Below the pieces are notes generated by a model, which did not search any database, was not told the origin of the DNA, and saw only the letters and a program-made list of their open reading frames with translations. Shown piece after piece: positions 44,397-53,693 of a stretch of 64,000 nt of DNA. Position numbers and translations under genes: made by a program. The DNA is taken from the NCBI GenBank assembly GCA_024638815.1, contig JAHEJM010000010.1:939-64938 (forward strand), written 5' to 3'. Within the stretch, counting starts at the first letter, position 1; every line of letters starts with the position of its first letter. The stretch is from Acidimicrobiales bacterium. Its GTDB lineage: Bacteria > Actinomycetota > Acidimicrobiia > Acidimicrobiales > SZUA-35.

Positions 44397-44876
44397 ATGG
44401 CTGCGTTTCATGACCTGACCATGGAATCGATCACGGGGGAGCATGTGCCGTTCTCCCGCTACGAGGGCCACGCCGTCCTGGTGGTCAATGTCGCCAGCAA
44501 GTGAGGGTTGACCCCTCAGTACGCAGGTCTGCGTACCTTGCATCACGACATCGACAGGCTCACGGTGCTGGCGTTTCCCTGTAACCAGTTCGGGAATCAG
44601 GAGCCGGGCAGCAATGCCGAGATCCTGGAGTTCGCCCGGTCGACGTACGACGTGAACTTCCCCATGTTCGCCAAGATCGAGGTCAATGGCGGGAACGAGG
44701 CCCCGCTCTACACCCTGCTCAAGGCGGCACAGCCCGGCAACGGCACGTCGTCCGACATCAACTGGAATTTCGAGAAGTTCCTGGTGTCGCCTCATGGGGA
44801 GGTGCTGGCCCGATTCCCGCCCCAAACCACCCCGGAGGAGGTCGGCCGGCGGCTGGGGGATTACGTGGATCTGTAG
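44397..44876 (+). CDS. Glutathione peroxidase with in-frame TGA at the catalytic position (candidate selenocysteine, codon 44502-44504)
   Basis: Reading from the ATG at 44397 gives MAAFHDLTMESITGEHVPFSRYEGHAVLVVNVASK-TGA-GLTPQYAGL...FPCNQFGNQEPG...WNFEKFLV. The TGA aligns with the Cys/Sec of the GPx motif NVAS-x-[CU]-G-x-T. The ORF track reports only the downstream 122 aa. Confidence 0.7.
44519..44536 (+). promoter_or_regulatory. SECIS-like hairpin (7-bp stem, GGTC loop) 15 nt 3' of the TGA
   Basis: GTACGCA-GGTC-TGCGTAC. The core GCAGGTCTGC equals the apical part of the E. coli fdhF SECIS as I recall it. Confidence 0.5.
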
Positions 44877-44916
44877 GTCGGATCGGCCGCTTGCGGCACT
44901 GTGAGACAACCGGCGA

Positions 44917-45627
44917 TCAGACTAGGCCGAGCAGGATGTCGGCCAACACCTCGGGGTGGCTGAACGGGATCATGTGGCCCGCCTCGATCTCGTGGTAGGT
45001 CCACCGATCATCGGCCTCGGCCCGTCGGGCGGCCTGCCGGAATGCCGAGTCGGGGCCCTCGCCGGGGTCGGCCGTGGCCTTGATGAAGGTGAGGGTGAAC
45101 GGCCACTGCTCCAGCGGCATCGACAGGGACACCGCCTGGGTCATCGTGCGGATGGGCTGGGGGGTCCGGCGGGCGTCGGACCAGGCCGTCTCCTGCGGGG
45201 TGTCCAGTCGGCGGGGGAGCGGGACGATCTGCCACTCCGGCGGGGGCAGTGAGGCCGGCCCGGGCTCGGGTCGAGGCCCTCCGAACAGCTCCATGGCGGT
45301 CTGGCCGTTCACCGGGACGAAGGCGTCGAGGTAGACCAGGTGACCGACCCGCTCGCCGATATGGTCCAGGGCGCCGGTCACCACCATGCCGCCGTAGGAG
45401 AAGCCGAGCAGCACGACGTCGGTCAGGTCCTCGTAGAGGATGACGTTGACCAGATCCTGGATGTGGGTGGAAAGGTCGACCATGGGCCCGGCCAGATGGG
45501 ATCGCTCGCCGATCCCGGTCAGGCTGGGAGTGAACACCTCGTGGCCGGCCCCCCACAACAGGGGCCGGACCTTCCCGAACCCGTACGAACCACCCCACGC
45601 CCCATGACACAACACGAACGTCGACAT
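44917..45627 (-). CDS. Alpha/beta hydrolase (esterase-like)
   Basis: FVLCHGAWGG oxyanion region. GFSYGG nucleophile elbow. C-terminal EAGHM His. Confidence 0.8.
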   Translation of the reverse strand: MSTFVLCHGAWGGSYGFGKVRPLLWGAGHEVFTPSLTGIGERSHLAGPMVDLSTHIQDLVNVILYEDLTDVVLLGFSYGGMVVTGALDHIGERVGHLVYLDAFVPVNGQTAMELFGGPRPEPGPASLPPPEWQIVPLPRRLDTPQETAWSDARRTPQPIRTMTQAVSLSMPLEQWPFTLTFIKATADPGEGPDSAFRQAARRAEADDRWTYHEIEAGHMIPFSHPEVLADILLGLV

Positions 45628-45731
45628 CGCCTTATGCTAGATCTCGGTATGAGTGCCGACGAAGTCGGCTCCAACACCCGGAGGCTGGTAGGCGGAGCCT
45701 CCCGCTGGTGTTCGGCGGCGGAGCCCCTCAC

Positions 45732-45823
45732 GGCAACTCTCAATGTTGCTTCGAGTTTGGCCTCCGGCCGAACGTCGCTGAAACGTGACCTGAGCGTGAA
45801 CACCCAATCCACCAAGTGAAACT
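45732..45823 (+). repeat. About 92-nt two-hairpin element, copy 2 (upstream of the acyltransferase)
   Basis: GGCAACTCTCAATGTTGCTTCGAGTTTGGCCTCCGGCCGAACGTCGC...GTGAACACCCAATCCACCAAGTGA aligns to 39309-39400. The second stem keeps pairing through an A-to-G change (a U-G wobble). Confidence 0.7.
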
Positions 45824-45909
45824 GGATCCCGGCCGAGGCGGTCTCAATGGGCATCGACGTGCCGGCCCAAGCCGGGAATGGTCGGCCACCCGGGCCGGTT
45901 GCCTAGTGC

Positions 45910-46902
45910 ATGATCGAGACCCGACGCGACCGGTGGCGGCGCCGACGACGGACCATTCCCGCCATGCTCGGGGCCACGGTGTTGGCCCTCACCGCCGCTC
46001 CGATACTGGCCCCCACCCTGCTGGTGCTCGACATATTCCGGGGCCGTCGACGCCTTCCCATGGTCCGGGTGTACGCCTTCACCATCCAGTATCTGGTCAA
46101 CGACTCGGTCGAGATCGTACTGGCACCGGTGTACTGGCTGTGGGCCGGATTCGGACGCCGCCTCGATTCACCGACGTCGCTGGCCCGCCACCAGCGACTC
46201 CAATACTGGTCGGTGGCCCTGCTGGAGAGACGGGCCCGGCAGTTACTCGGCCTGTCCCTCGAGATCCACGACGGCGACCTGGCTCGGCTGGAACCGGGCC
46301 CGGTCATCGTCATCGGTCGCCACGTCTCGGTCTTCGACTCATCGGTTCCGGGCCTGCTCTACCAGCGGATGATGTTCCGGATGCGGGGCGTGATCATGGC
46401 CGAGCTGCTGGCTGATCCCGGTTTCGATCTGATCTACGGCCGGTTGGGGTCGGTGTTCATCCCTCGTGATGACGGTGAACGGGCAAGGGCCGCAATCGAC
46501 ACCCTGGCCCGAGGTGTCGATGAGCGAACGGCGATCCTGCTGTTCCCCGAGGGCCGTCTGTTCTCACCAACGGGCCGTGATCGCTCGCTGGAGCGGCTGG
46601 CCCGACGAGACCCGGAGCGGGCCGCCGCCCTGCAACCCCTGCGCCATCTGCTCCCGCCTCGTCCCGGAGGCTTCAACGCCCTCTTGGACCGCCTGCCGGA
46701 GTCCGATGTGGTGGTCATCGATCATCGAGGTCTGGACGGAGTCTCGCTCGGGTCACTGATCCACCGGGCACCCCTCGATCGCCCCGTTTCCGTCACCGCC
46801 CGGCGGGTCCCACGGGCCGAGATCGACGCGGCGGCGTCGCCGACCCACTGGCTCGATGAGCTGTGGCTGCACCTCGACCGGCAACTGGCCGCCGCCACCT
46901 GA
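45910..46902 (+). CDS. Lysophospholipid/1-acyl-sn-glycerol-3-phosphate acyltransferase family protein
   Basis: After N-terminal TM helices come the acyltransferase motif I GRHVSVFD (HX4D) and motif III LLFPEGR. Confidence 0.8.
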   Translation: MIETRRDRWRRRRRTIPAMLGATVLALTAAPILAPTLLVLDIFRGRRRLPMVRVYAFTIQYLVNDSVEIVLAPVYWLWAGFGRRLDSPTSLARHQRLQYWSVALLERRARQLLGLSLEIHDGDLARLEPGPVIVIGRHVSVFDSSVPGLLYQRMMFRMRGVIMAELLADPGFDLIYGRLGSVFIPRDDGERARAAIDTLARGVDERTAILLFPEGRLFSPTGRDRSLERLARRDPERAAALQPLRHLLPPRPGGFNALLDRLPESDVVVIDHRGLDGVSLGSLIHRAPLDRPVSVTARRVPRAEIDAAASPTHWLDELWLHLDRQLAAAT

Positions 46903-46911
46903 TCCCCTACC

Positions 46912-46991
46912 AACTTTGAGCTGCCCACGACCCGCTCAGGCCGAACTTTGAGCTGCCCACGACCCGCAAAGGGGTCGTCCGGGGCTCAAAG
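46912..46991. repeat. 24-bp direct repeat (x2) whose second copy forms a long hairpin; candidate bidirectional terminator
   Basis: AACTTTGAGCTGCCCACGACCCGC occurs at 46912-46935 and 46944-46967. The second copy pairs with GGGTCGTCCGGGGCTCAAAG (46972-46991). The region lies between convergent genes. Confidence 0.5.
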
Positions 46992-47007
46992 TCTGAGCGT
47001 GGTGGGG

Positions 47008-47934
47008 CTAGGTCCGCTGGAACCGTCCCGGCTCGACCTCGGCTGCCTCGCCCCGGTCCACCATGCGGGCGATGTGAAGCTCGGCCGTGCGTCGTTCCAC
47101 CGATTTGGCGAACGTGTGCTCCACATGGGGTCGGTACACGAACCGGTGAGCCACCATGTCCTCCAGGGACCGAGGCTCGACCAGGTACTCGAGCATGGCC
47201 CGGTGACGCCGGTCGATCACGGCCTGGAAGGCGTCCACCATTTCCACGAAGCTCTGTCGGCCCTCGATAATGCCCTTGTGGTGGAAGGTCACATACCAGT
47301 CGGCTTCCACCTCCCGCACCTTGTCCAGGCTCTCGTCGAACTGATCCAGGTCGGACCAGGCGTCGCCGTAGTACGGGCCGAATCCGGTCAGGTCGATGTC
47401 GGACAGGAAGAACACATTGCCGATGCGGAAACCGCTGTGACCGCGGGTGTGGCCGGGCAGATGCATGGCCTCGATGCGGATCCCGCCCACGTCGAACACG
47501 TGACCGTCACCGAAGCTTCGAGCGTCGCCCCGAGGCTGGTAGAAGAACTCCTCGGCCACCTGTTTGGCGAAATCCTCCCGGTCCTGACCCTGCAGCCCGT
47601 AGACGTTCATCAGCCCTTCCATGGACTGCACCGCCGGAAGATCGTCGTGGTGGATATGGAGTCTGGCCGCGGAGAACAGCGCATTGCCGGCGATATGGTC
47701 CTCGTGGCCGTGGGAGTTGATCACGGCGTCGACGGCCACCGGAGCCCCACCCCGCTCCACCACCGTAATCGACGGGTCGATCAACACGGTTTCACTCGAC
47801 CCTTCGACCAGCACCGAGTTGCCGGACGGGTAGCGACCGTTGTCGGCCCCCACCAGGACACTGACCGTCCGGGTGAGACGAACCTGGCCGTCATCCCATG
47901 AAACCTGCGGTGTATCCATGTCGTCGGCATCCAC
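47008..47934 (-). CDS. MBL-fold metallo-hydrolase
   Basis: The HxHxDH motif occurs in INSHGHEDHIAGN. A later HLPGHTRGH follows. Confidence 0.8.
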   Translation of the reverse strand: MDADDMDTPQVSWDDGQVRLTRTVSVLVGADNGRYPSGNSVLVEGSSETVLIDPSITVVERGGAPVAVDAVINSHGHEDHIAGNALFSAARLHIHHDDLPAVQSMEGLMNVYGLQGQDREDFAKQVAEEFFYQPRGDARSFGDGHVFDVGGIRIEAMHLPGHTRGHSGFRIGNVFFLSDIDLTGFGPYYGDAWSDLDQFDESLDKVREVEADWYVTFHHKGIIEGRQSFVEMVDAFQAVIDRRHRAMLEYLVEPRSLEDMVAHRFVYRPHVEHTFAKSVERRTAELHIARMVDRGEAAEVEPGRFQRT

Positions 47935-48038
47935 GAGGTAGACGCTACCGGAAACAGTCGCCGGCCCCGGAATCCATGAGGGCCATCGGCGGACACCGGC
48001 GCTAGGGTGCCTGAGGAGTGCCTGCGAGATTGGAGCCT

Positions 48039-49112
48039 ATGAGCAACGAACTCACCTGGTATGAGATCCCCGAGCTTCGGCGACCACTCCTGTTGATCGG
48101 TTTTGAGGGTTTGTTCGATGCGGCCGAGGCCGCCACGTCGGCCCTGCGCTGGGTGCGGGATCGGACGGAGTCGACCGAGGTGGCCATGGTCGACCCGGAA
48201 GGCTACTACAACTTCCAGGAGTCCCGACCCACGGTCCGCATCGATGATGACGGCGGACGGGTGATCGACTGGCCGGTGATCGAGATCCATGCCGTCAATA
48301 CCGACTCGGTTCGGGACCTGATGATCATGACCGGGGCTGAACCCCACTTGCGATGGCGGACCTTTGCCGACCAGGTGACCGAGGTGGCTCGACGGACGGG
48401 ATGCGAGATGGTGGTGACCGTCGGGGCGTTTGTCGGTATGGTGCCTCATACCCGCCCGTTCTCGGTGACGGGTTCGGCCGTCCACCCCGAGCTCATCCGC
48501 CGCCTCAACCTGTCGACGCCGTCCTATGAGGGGCCGACCAGCCTGGTCGGGGTCATCAATGAGCGTCTGGAGCGGGCCAACATCCCTGTGATCTCACTCC
48601 GGGTCGAGGTGCCCCACTATGTGCCCGGTCCACCGAACCCCAAGGCCACCCGGGCCCTGTTGCGCCGACTGCAGCAAACCACCGGGGTCGTCACCGGCTA
48701 CGAGGAACTGGACGCCGAAGTGACCGACTGGACCAGCCGGGTGGACCAGGCGGTGCTGGCCGATGACGAGAGCCGGGACTATGTGGCCCGGCTTGAGCAG
48801 CAGGCCGATTCGACCGAGGCCATGCTCCCCTCCGGTGACGATCTGGCCGGTGAGCTCGAAGCCTTCCTGCGGGATCAGGCCGCCGCCAAGCAGGCCGTGC
48901 TCGACGCCGTGAGCCGGGCCGATGACGCCGATGATGGCGACGATATCGACGGCACGGACGACGACACCGAAGCTACCGAGGACGACACCGTCGATTCCGA
49001 GGGCGAGACCGTCGATACCAAGGACGAGACCGACCAGGGCCGGCAGTGGGATAACGGTCGGGAGCGGGACGATCCAGACGATCCAAGCCAAGATCCGGGC
49101 GAAGAGGAATAG
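48039..49112 (+). CDS. PAC2 (proteasome assembly chaperone-like) family protein with acidic C-terminal tail
   Basis: LRRPLLLIGFEGLFDAAEAATSAL and VEVPHYVPGPPNPKAT are typical of actinobacterial PAC2 proteins. The C-terminus is strongly Asp/Glu-rich. Confidence 0.7.
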   Translation: MSNELTWYEIPELRRPLLLIGFEGLFDAAEAATSALRWVRDRTESTEVAMVDPEGYYNFQESRPTVRIDDDGGRVIDWPVIEIHAVNTDSVRDLMIMTGAEPHLRWRTFADQVTEVARRTGCEMVVTVGAFVGMVPHTRPFSVTGSAVHPELIRRLNLSTPSYEGPTSLVGVINERLERANIPVISLRVEVPHYVPGPPNPKATRALLRRLQQTTGVVTGYEELDAEVTDWTSRVDQAVLADDESRDYVARLEQQADSTEAMLPSGDDLAGELEAFLRDQAAAKQAVLDAVSRADDADDGDDIDGTDDDTEATEDDTVDSEGETVDTKDETDQGRQWDNGRERDDPDDPSQDPGEEE

Positions 49113-49172
49113 CGAACCGGGTTGACGAGTTTCCTTCTCCATTGCCCACCACCAATGAGGAGGAAATCACCA

Positions 49173-49640
49173 ATGAGATCTCTCAACCGCGCCCTGGCTC
49201 AGCAGGCCTCGTTCGCCCCGCTCATGATCAGGCTCATTCTCGGTGTCCTGTTCGTGCTCCACGGGATCGACAAGTTCGACACCGGCCTGAGCAACGTCGA
49301 AGGCTTCTTCGACTCCGAGGGGGTGCCGCTGCCGGCCCTCACCGCCCCGTTCACCGCCATCGCCGAGATCGTGTTCGGTGCCGCCCTCATCTTCGGTTTC
49401 GCCACCAGGCTCTCGGCCATCGTGCTCGGGCTGATCATGGTCGGTGCCATCATCTGGGTCAAGAACTCGGCAATCCTCGGCGGGGCGGAGCAGGAGCTGG
49501 CCTACTTGTCGGGCCTGATCGGTGTGGCTCTGCTGGGCCCGGGCCGGTTCTCGGTCGACGAGGCCATTGATGCCGATGACACCGTGATCGATCTCCGTTC
49601 CAACCGGGAGGCCGACACCAGGATTCGAGCGTCGGTCTAG
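49173..49640 (+). CDS. DoxX family membrane protein
   Basis: LMIRLILGVLFVLHGIDKF is a DoxX hallmark, and four TM helices are present. The ATG is preceded by AGGAGGAAA. Confidence 0.8.
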   Translation: MRSLNRALAQQASFAPLMIRLILGVLFVLHGIDKFDTGLSNVEGFFDSEGVPLPALTAPFTAIAEIVFGAALIFGFATRLSAIVLGLIMVGAIIWVKNSAILGGAEQELAYLSGLIGVALLGPGRFSVDEAIDADDTVIDLRSNREADTRIRASV

Positions 49641-49689
49641 AACACGCTCCCACCTGCACTCGTGCCGGCGTGGCCGGCTCGTGGGGTTT

Positions 49690-50778
49690 CTAGTGCGGGA
49701 AGATGTCGACGGCCTGTTGCCGTAGCCAATGGTCGGCCAGGACCAACAGGGTCATGGCTTCGACCAGGGGCACGGCCCGAGGGAGCACACAGGGATCGTG
49801 ACGACCTCTGGCCGCCAATGTGGTTGGCCGGCCGGAGGTTGTCACGGTTTTCTGCTCCGAGGCGATGGTGGCCGTGGGCTTGAACGCCACCCGGCACACG
49901 ATGTCGGCCCCGTTGCTGATGCCGCCCTGGACCCCGCCCGAGTGGTTGGTGGTCGTACTCGGCCGGCCGTCGGGGCCGGTTTGGAACGGGTCGTTGTGGG
50001 CCAGCCCGGTCATACGGGTGCCGGCGAACCCGCTGCCGATCTCGAATCCCTTGACCGCCGGCAGCGACACCATGGCCTTGGCCAGATCGGCATCGAGCTT
50101 GTCGAACACCGGCTCACCCAGACCGGCGGGAACCCCCCGGGCCACCATGGTCACCACCCCGCCCAGTGAGTCGCCGTCACGGCGGGCCCGGTCGATGGCC
50201 TCGGTGATCAGGCCTGCGGTTTCGGGGTCGGGGCAACGGGTCGGGTCGGCCTCGACCTGTTCTACGGTGACCTCGGCCGGGTCGACGTCGGCCTCGATGT
50301 CGTGAACCTGGCTGACCCAGGCCAGCACCTCCACACCCTGTTCGGCCAGCAATCGCCGGGCCACGGCCCCGGCCGCCACCCGTCCGATGGTCTCCCGGGC
50401 CGAGGACCGACCCCCGCCCCGATAATCGCGAACGCCATACTTGGCGTCGTAGGTGTAGTCGGCATGGCTGGGCCGGTAGACATCCTTCAGATGGTCATAG
50501 GCTCCCGAACGCTGGTCCGAGTTTCGGACCATCATCATCAGCGGAGTACCCGTGGTCCGTCCCTCGAAAAGCCCGGACAGGATCTCGACCCGATCGGCCT
50601 CGTCCCGCTGGGTCACCAGGCGGCTCTGCCCCGGTCGGCGTCGGTCGAGGTCACGCTGGATCTCGGCTGTGTCGATGGCCAGCCGAGGCGGGCACCCGTC
50701 GACGATCACGCCGACGGCGGGACCGTGGGACTCCCCGAACGTGGTCAGACGAAAGAGGCGACCGCTGCTGCTGGACAC
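49690..50778 (-). CDS. aroC: Chorismate synthase
   Basis: [31 protein letters not shown] and GGISNG are diagnostic. The start is uncertain. I chose the GTG at 50778 to match the usual N-terminus. Confidence 0.9.
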   Translation of the reverse strand: MSSSSGRLFRLTTFGESHGPAVGVIVDGCPPRLAIDTAEIQRDLDRRRPGQSRLVTQRDEADRVEILSGLFEGRTTGTPLMMMVRNSDQRSGAYDHLKDVYRPSHADYTYDAKYGVRDYRGGGRSSARETIGRVAAGAVARRLLAEQGVEVLAWVSQVHDIEADVDPAEVTVEQVEADPTRCPDPETAGLITEAIDRARRDGDSLGGVVTMVARGVPAGLGEPVFDKLDADLAKAMVSLPAVKGFEIGSGFAGTRMTGLAHNDPFQTGPDGRPSTTTNHSGGVQGGISNGADIVCRVAFKPTATIASEQKTVTTSGRPTTLAARGRHDPCVLPRAVPLVEAMTLLVLADHWLRQQAVDIFPH

Positions 50779-50968
50779 CCGATCAGCGTACCGGCGGCGC
50801 CTGCACACCAGATGAATGAGGACGTTGGCCTCCGGGAGCACGGGGCGGGCCGAAGACGATTGACCAAAGGCGCGCATCCGGAACGTCATTGCTCAGGTAG
50901 GCGATATTGGCCATCGTCCGCCCCTCGCAGATCGAGTTTCCTTCCGCGCCGGCTGCCGGCTCAGGCAC

Positions 50969-51376
50969 CTACCGTCGTGTCGAACGTGATCGGCTGAGAA
51001 TCACCAACCCGATGATGATCAGGACCGTCGCTCCGACGATCTCACCGCCGATGTCGACCAGGTTGCCGGCGGCAACGGCGACGAAAATCCCCGTCCAAAT
51101 CCAATCCGAAGTAGCTGGGTTGGGCGCAGTGGTCGAGACCGCTCGATACGAGTTCAGAGCCAGTGACCACGCACCAACGCCGACAAAGATCCAGGGCCAC
51201 CACCCCGCTCTGTCGCCGATCTCAGGGAGGATGTCGAGGGTCGCTCCCCCGAGTACCAGGCCGAGCCAGATCAGCACCCCCGCCCACCAGATCGACTCGA
51301 AACGCTTCCGCTCGTTGCGATCGGACTGTTCTTGTTGTTGTTCCGGGCTCTTCAGGAGTTCATTCATTGTGTTCAC
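50969..51376 (-). CDS. Hypothetical membrane protein (four TM)
   Basis: 135 aa with Trp-rich hydrophobic helices. I recognise no family motif. Confidence 0.5.
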   Translation of the reverse strand: MNTMNELLKSPEQQQEQSDRNERKRFESIWWAGVLIWLGLVLGGATLDILPEIGDRAGWWPWIFVGVGAWSLALNSYRAVSTTAPNPATSDWIWTGIFVAVAAGNLVDIGGEIVGATVLIIIGLVILSRSRSTRR

Positions 51377-51573
51377 CTCCTCACACCACCGTCATCTTCA
51401 CCACTACACCGAGGTTTGTGACGGCTCCAGGGCCAAAGGACCCCTTTTCGCCCATGGAGTGCTGCAGGCGGATCGTTGTGTTGTGTGCCGCCTTGGCCGG
51501 GCGCTGCCTTCTCGGTGTTGGCGCTACTCTGGCGCTACTCATGTACGCCTTCGCTCGATTCCGCCGGTAGGAG

Positions 51574-51927
51574 ATGCAACCCCTACCGGAAGCCCAATTC
51601 GAAGCTCTGGTCGGCGACGCCCTCGACGCCCTGCCCGATGAGTTCTTCGAGCTGATGGACAATGTGGTGGTGCTGATCGAGGACGAACCGCCGGATGATC
51701 AGCCCGATGATCTGCTCGGTCTGTACGAAGGCGTCCCCCACACCGAACGGGGTGAGTACGGGTACATGGACCTGCCCGATCGCATCACCCTGTATCGACT
51801 GCCGTTGTGCCGGTTCGTCGGGGATCGGGAGGAGCTGGTGGACGAGGTCAGGGTCACGGTGGTCCACGAGGTGGCCCACCATTTCGGCATCGACGATGAT
51901 CGACTTCACGACCTGGGGTGGGCTTGA
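51574..51927 (+). CDS. Zincin-like metallopeptidase family protein (DUF1025-type)
   Basis: 117 aa. VVLIEDEP is followed by the HExxH motif in VVHEVAHHFG. Confidence 0.8.
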   Translation: MQPLPEAQFEALVGDALDALPDEFFELMDNVVVLIEDEPPDDQPDDLLGLYEGVPHTERGEYGYMDLPDRITLYRLPLCRFVGDREELVDEVRVTVVHEVAHHFGIDDDRLHDLGWA

Positions 51928-52007
51928 CGCCCAGCCGGAGCGGTCCATCCTGGTCGGCCCCGTTGACCGGGGGCAGCCGTGCCCGATGACCACCGTTCCG
52001 AGGTGTA

Positions 52008-52382
52008 GTGGGCCCAAGGCCGGGGAATACCATAAAGGTGGTGAGTTCGACGGGACCATACGGCCCTGCGGTCGAGGCCGAACTACGAGTGTGGATCGAT
52101 CAGGATCTGTGCACCGGCGACGGTATCTGCACCGATCACGCCCCGGAGGTGTTCACGATCCTGGAGGACGGTATCGCCTATTGCCGGGAGGGCGCCAAGG
52201 TCTTCAGCGATCCTGGTGGGGCGGCCGAACTGGCGAGGGTTCCCGTCAACCTGGAGCAGCAGGTCATCGATGCTGCCGCCGAGTGCCCCGGAGAGTGCAT
52301 CTTCATCGAGTTGGGCGAACCTCCCGAACTCGACGGCTACGATGTTCCGGAGATCTCCCTGAACGGGGCCCGGCGGCGGTAG
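52008..52382 (+). CDS. Ferredoxin (single-cluster actinobacterial type)
   Basis: RVWIDQDLCTGDGICTDHAPEVF...AAAECPGECIFIE gives the C-x2-D/C-x2-C...CP cluster ligands. The true start is probably downstream of 52008. Confidence 0.7.
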   Translation: MGPRPGNTIKVVSSTGPYGPAVEAELRVWIDQDLCTGDGICTDHAPEVFTILEDGIAYCREGAKVFSDPGGAAELARVPVNLEQQVIDAAAECPGECIFIELGEPPELDGYDVPEISLNGARRR

Positions 52383-52413
52383 CCGCCTCACCCACACCGA
52401 CGGACGGCGTCCG

Positions 52414-53676
52414 ATGACTGACTTCGATGTAGAGGATCTGGAAGAGCTCACGAGGAGGCAGTACGAGAGTCCTGCCCTCGAGTACGACTACGATCCCACC
52501 TACTACGATCCGTCCGACACCGACGAGGAACTCGATCGTCTTCGGCCCGGTGGCAATGAGGAGCAGACCACGTGGGGTTATCTCGGTCTCCTCGGCGTGC
52601 TGTTCGTACTACTGGTCGGCTTCGCCTGGGCCTGCAACGAGCGAGGCGAGAGCGATCTGACCGCCACCCAGGCGGTGGAGGAGGAGCGCGAGTCTGCAGC
52701 CCTGACGCCGGTCCGCCTCACCATCGACATCGCCGGCGACACCGTCACCGTGCGGGGCTCCGTGCCCGACGACGGGGCCCGATCCCAGATCATCGCCACG
52801 ACCGAGGCCGTCTACGATTCGGCCAACCTGATCGATGAGCTGACGGTCGATCCCGCCACCACCCTGGAGGACGGCTCGGTGTCGGTCAGTGGCGTCGCCC
52901 TGGAGGACGATGATCGCCCCGACCGGCTACGGAATGCCCTGGTCGACGATCTCGCCCTGACCGACGGCGGCCTCACCATCGAACGCAGTGAGGTGGCGGC
53001 TGCGGTGCCGGTCACGGTCGACGTCGTGGTCGACGGCTCGTCGGTCGTCCTCAGTGGCGCGGTTCCCGACGAGGACTCCATAACCCAACTCATCGAGGCC
53101 GCCACTGCGGTATGGGGTGGCGGTGCCGTCGACGGCAGCGGCTTGACCGTCGGTGACCGATCGTGGACCAACGGCCGGGTCCGGTTGACCGGAACGGTGC
53201 CCGGGGGTGACGAGCGATACCTCGGTCTCGAGGCCGAGGTCCAGAGCCGACTGGGCGCCCTCATCTCCGTGGAGTCGGCCGGCGTGCAACAGGTCGACAA
53301 CACCGAGACCCTGAACGAGCTGGAGGAGCAGATCAAGGCGGCGTTGGAGGAGAGCCCCATTCTCTTCGATCCCCAGAGCAGCGAGATCCAGACCGCCAGC
53401 GACGAGGTGCTGGAAACGATCGCCGCCATCCTCCAGGGGGCGCCGGCCAACGCCATCGAGGTGGTCGGCCACACCGATGATCTGGGCCCGGACGATGAAA
53501 ACCTGCTCCTGTCCCAGGAGCGGGCCGAGGCTGTGGTGGCCCGGCTGATCGAACTCGGTGTCGACGAGTCATTGCTCAACGCCCGCGGCGAAGGTGAGCG
53601 GTTCCCCCTGGTCGAGAACGACAGCGACGAGAACCGCGCTCTCAACCGCCGCATCGAGTTCCTGCTCATCCAGTAG
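52414..53676 (+). CDS. OmpA-family protein with N-terminal TM and repeated BON-like modules
   Basis: C-terminal OmpA domain: VVGHTDDLGPDDENLLLSQERAEAVVARLIELGV...NRALNRRIEFL. A TM helix (LGLLGVLFVLLVGFAWA) precedes it. Three repeats with similar motifs follow (TVRGSVPD, VLSGAVPD, RLTGTVPG). Confidence 0.8.
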   Translation: MTDFDVEDLEELTRRQYESPALEYDYDPTYYDPSDTDEELDRLRPGGNEEQTTWGYLGLLGVLFVLLVGFAWACNERGESDLTATQAVEEERESAALTPVRLTIDIAGDTVTVRGSVPDDGARSQIIATTEAVYDSANLIDELTVDPATTLEDGSVSVSGVALEDDDRPDRLRNALVDDLALTDGGLTIERSEVAAAVPVTVDVVVDGSSVVLSGAVPDEDSITQLIEAATAVWGGGAVDGSGLTVGDRSWTNGRVRLTGTVPGGDERYLGLEAEVQSRLGALISVESAGVQQVDNTETLNELEEQIKAALEESPILFDPQSSEIQTASDEVLETIAAILQGAPANAIEVVGHTDDLGPDDENLLLSQERAEAVVARLIELGVDESLLNARGEGERFPLVENDSDENRALNRRIEFLLIQ

Positions 53677-53693
53677 CCGATCACGGATCAATC

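Noticed and set aside
44502-44504. Treating the GPx TGA as an ordinary nonsense mutation (pseudogene).
   Set aside because: This is not fully rejected. It is kept as the alternative hypothesis.
- The exact catalytic position and the otherwise intact gene favour Sec recoding.
- The SECIS-like hairpin with a GGUC loop points the same way.
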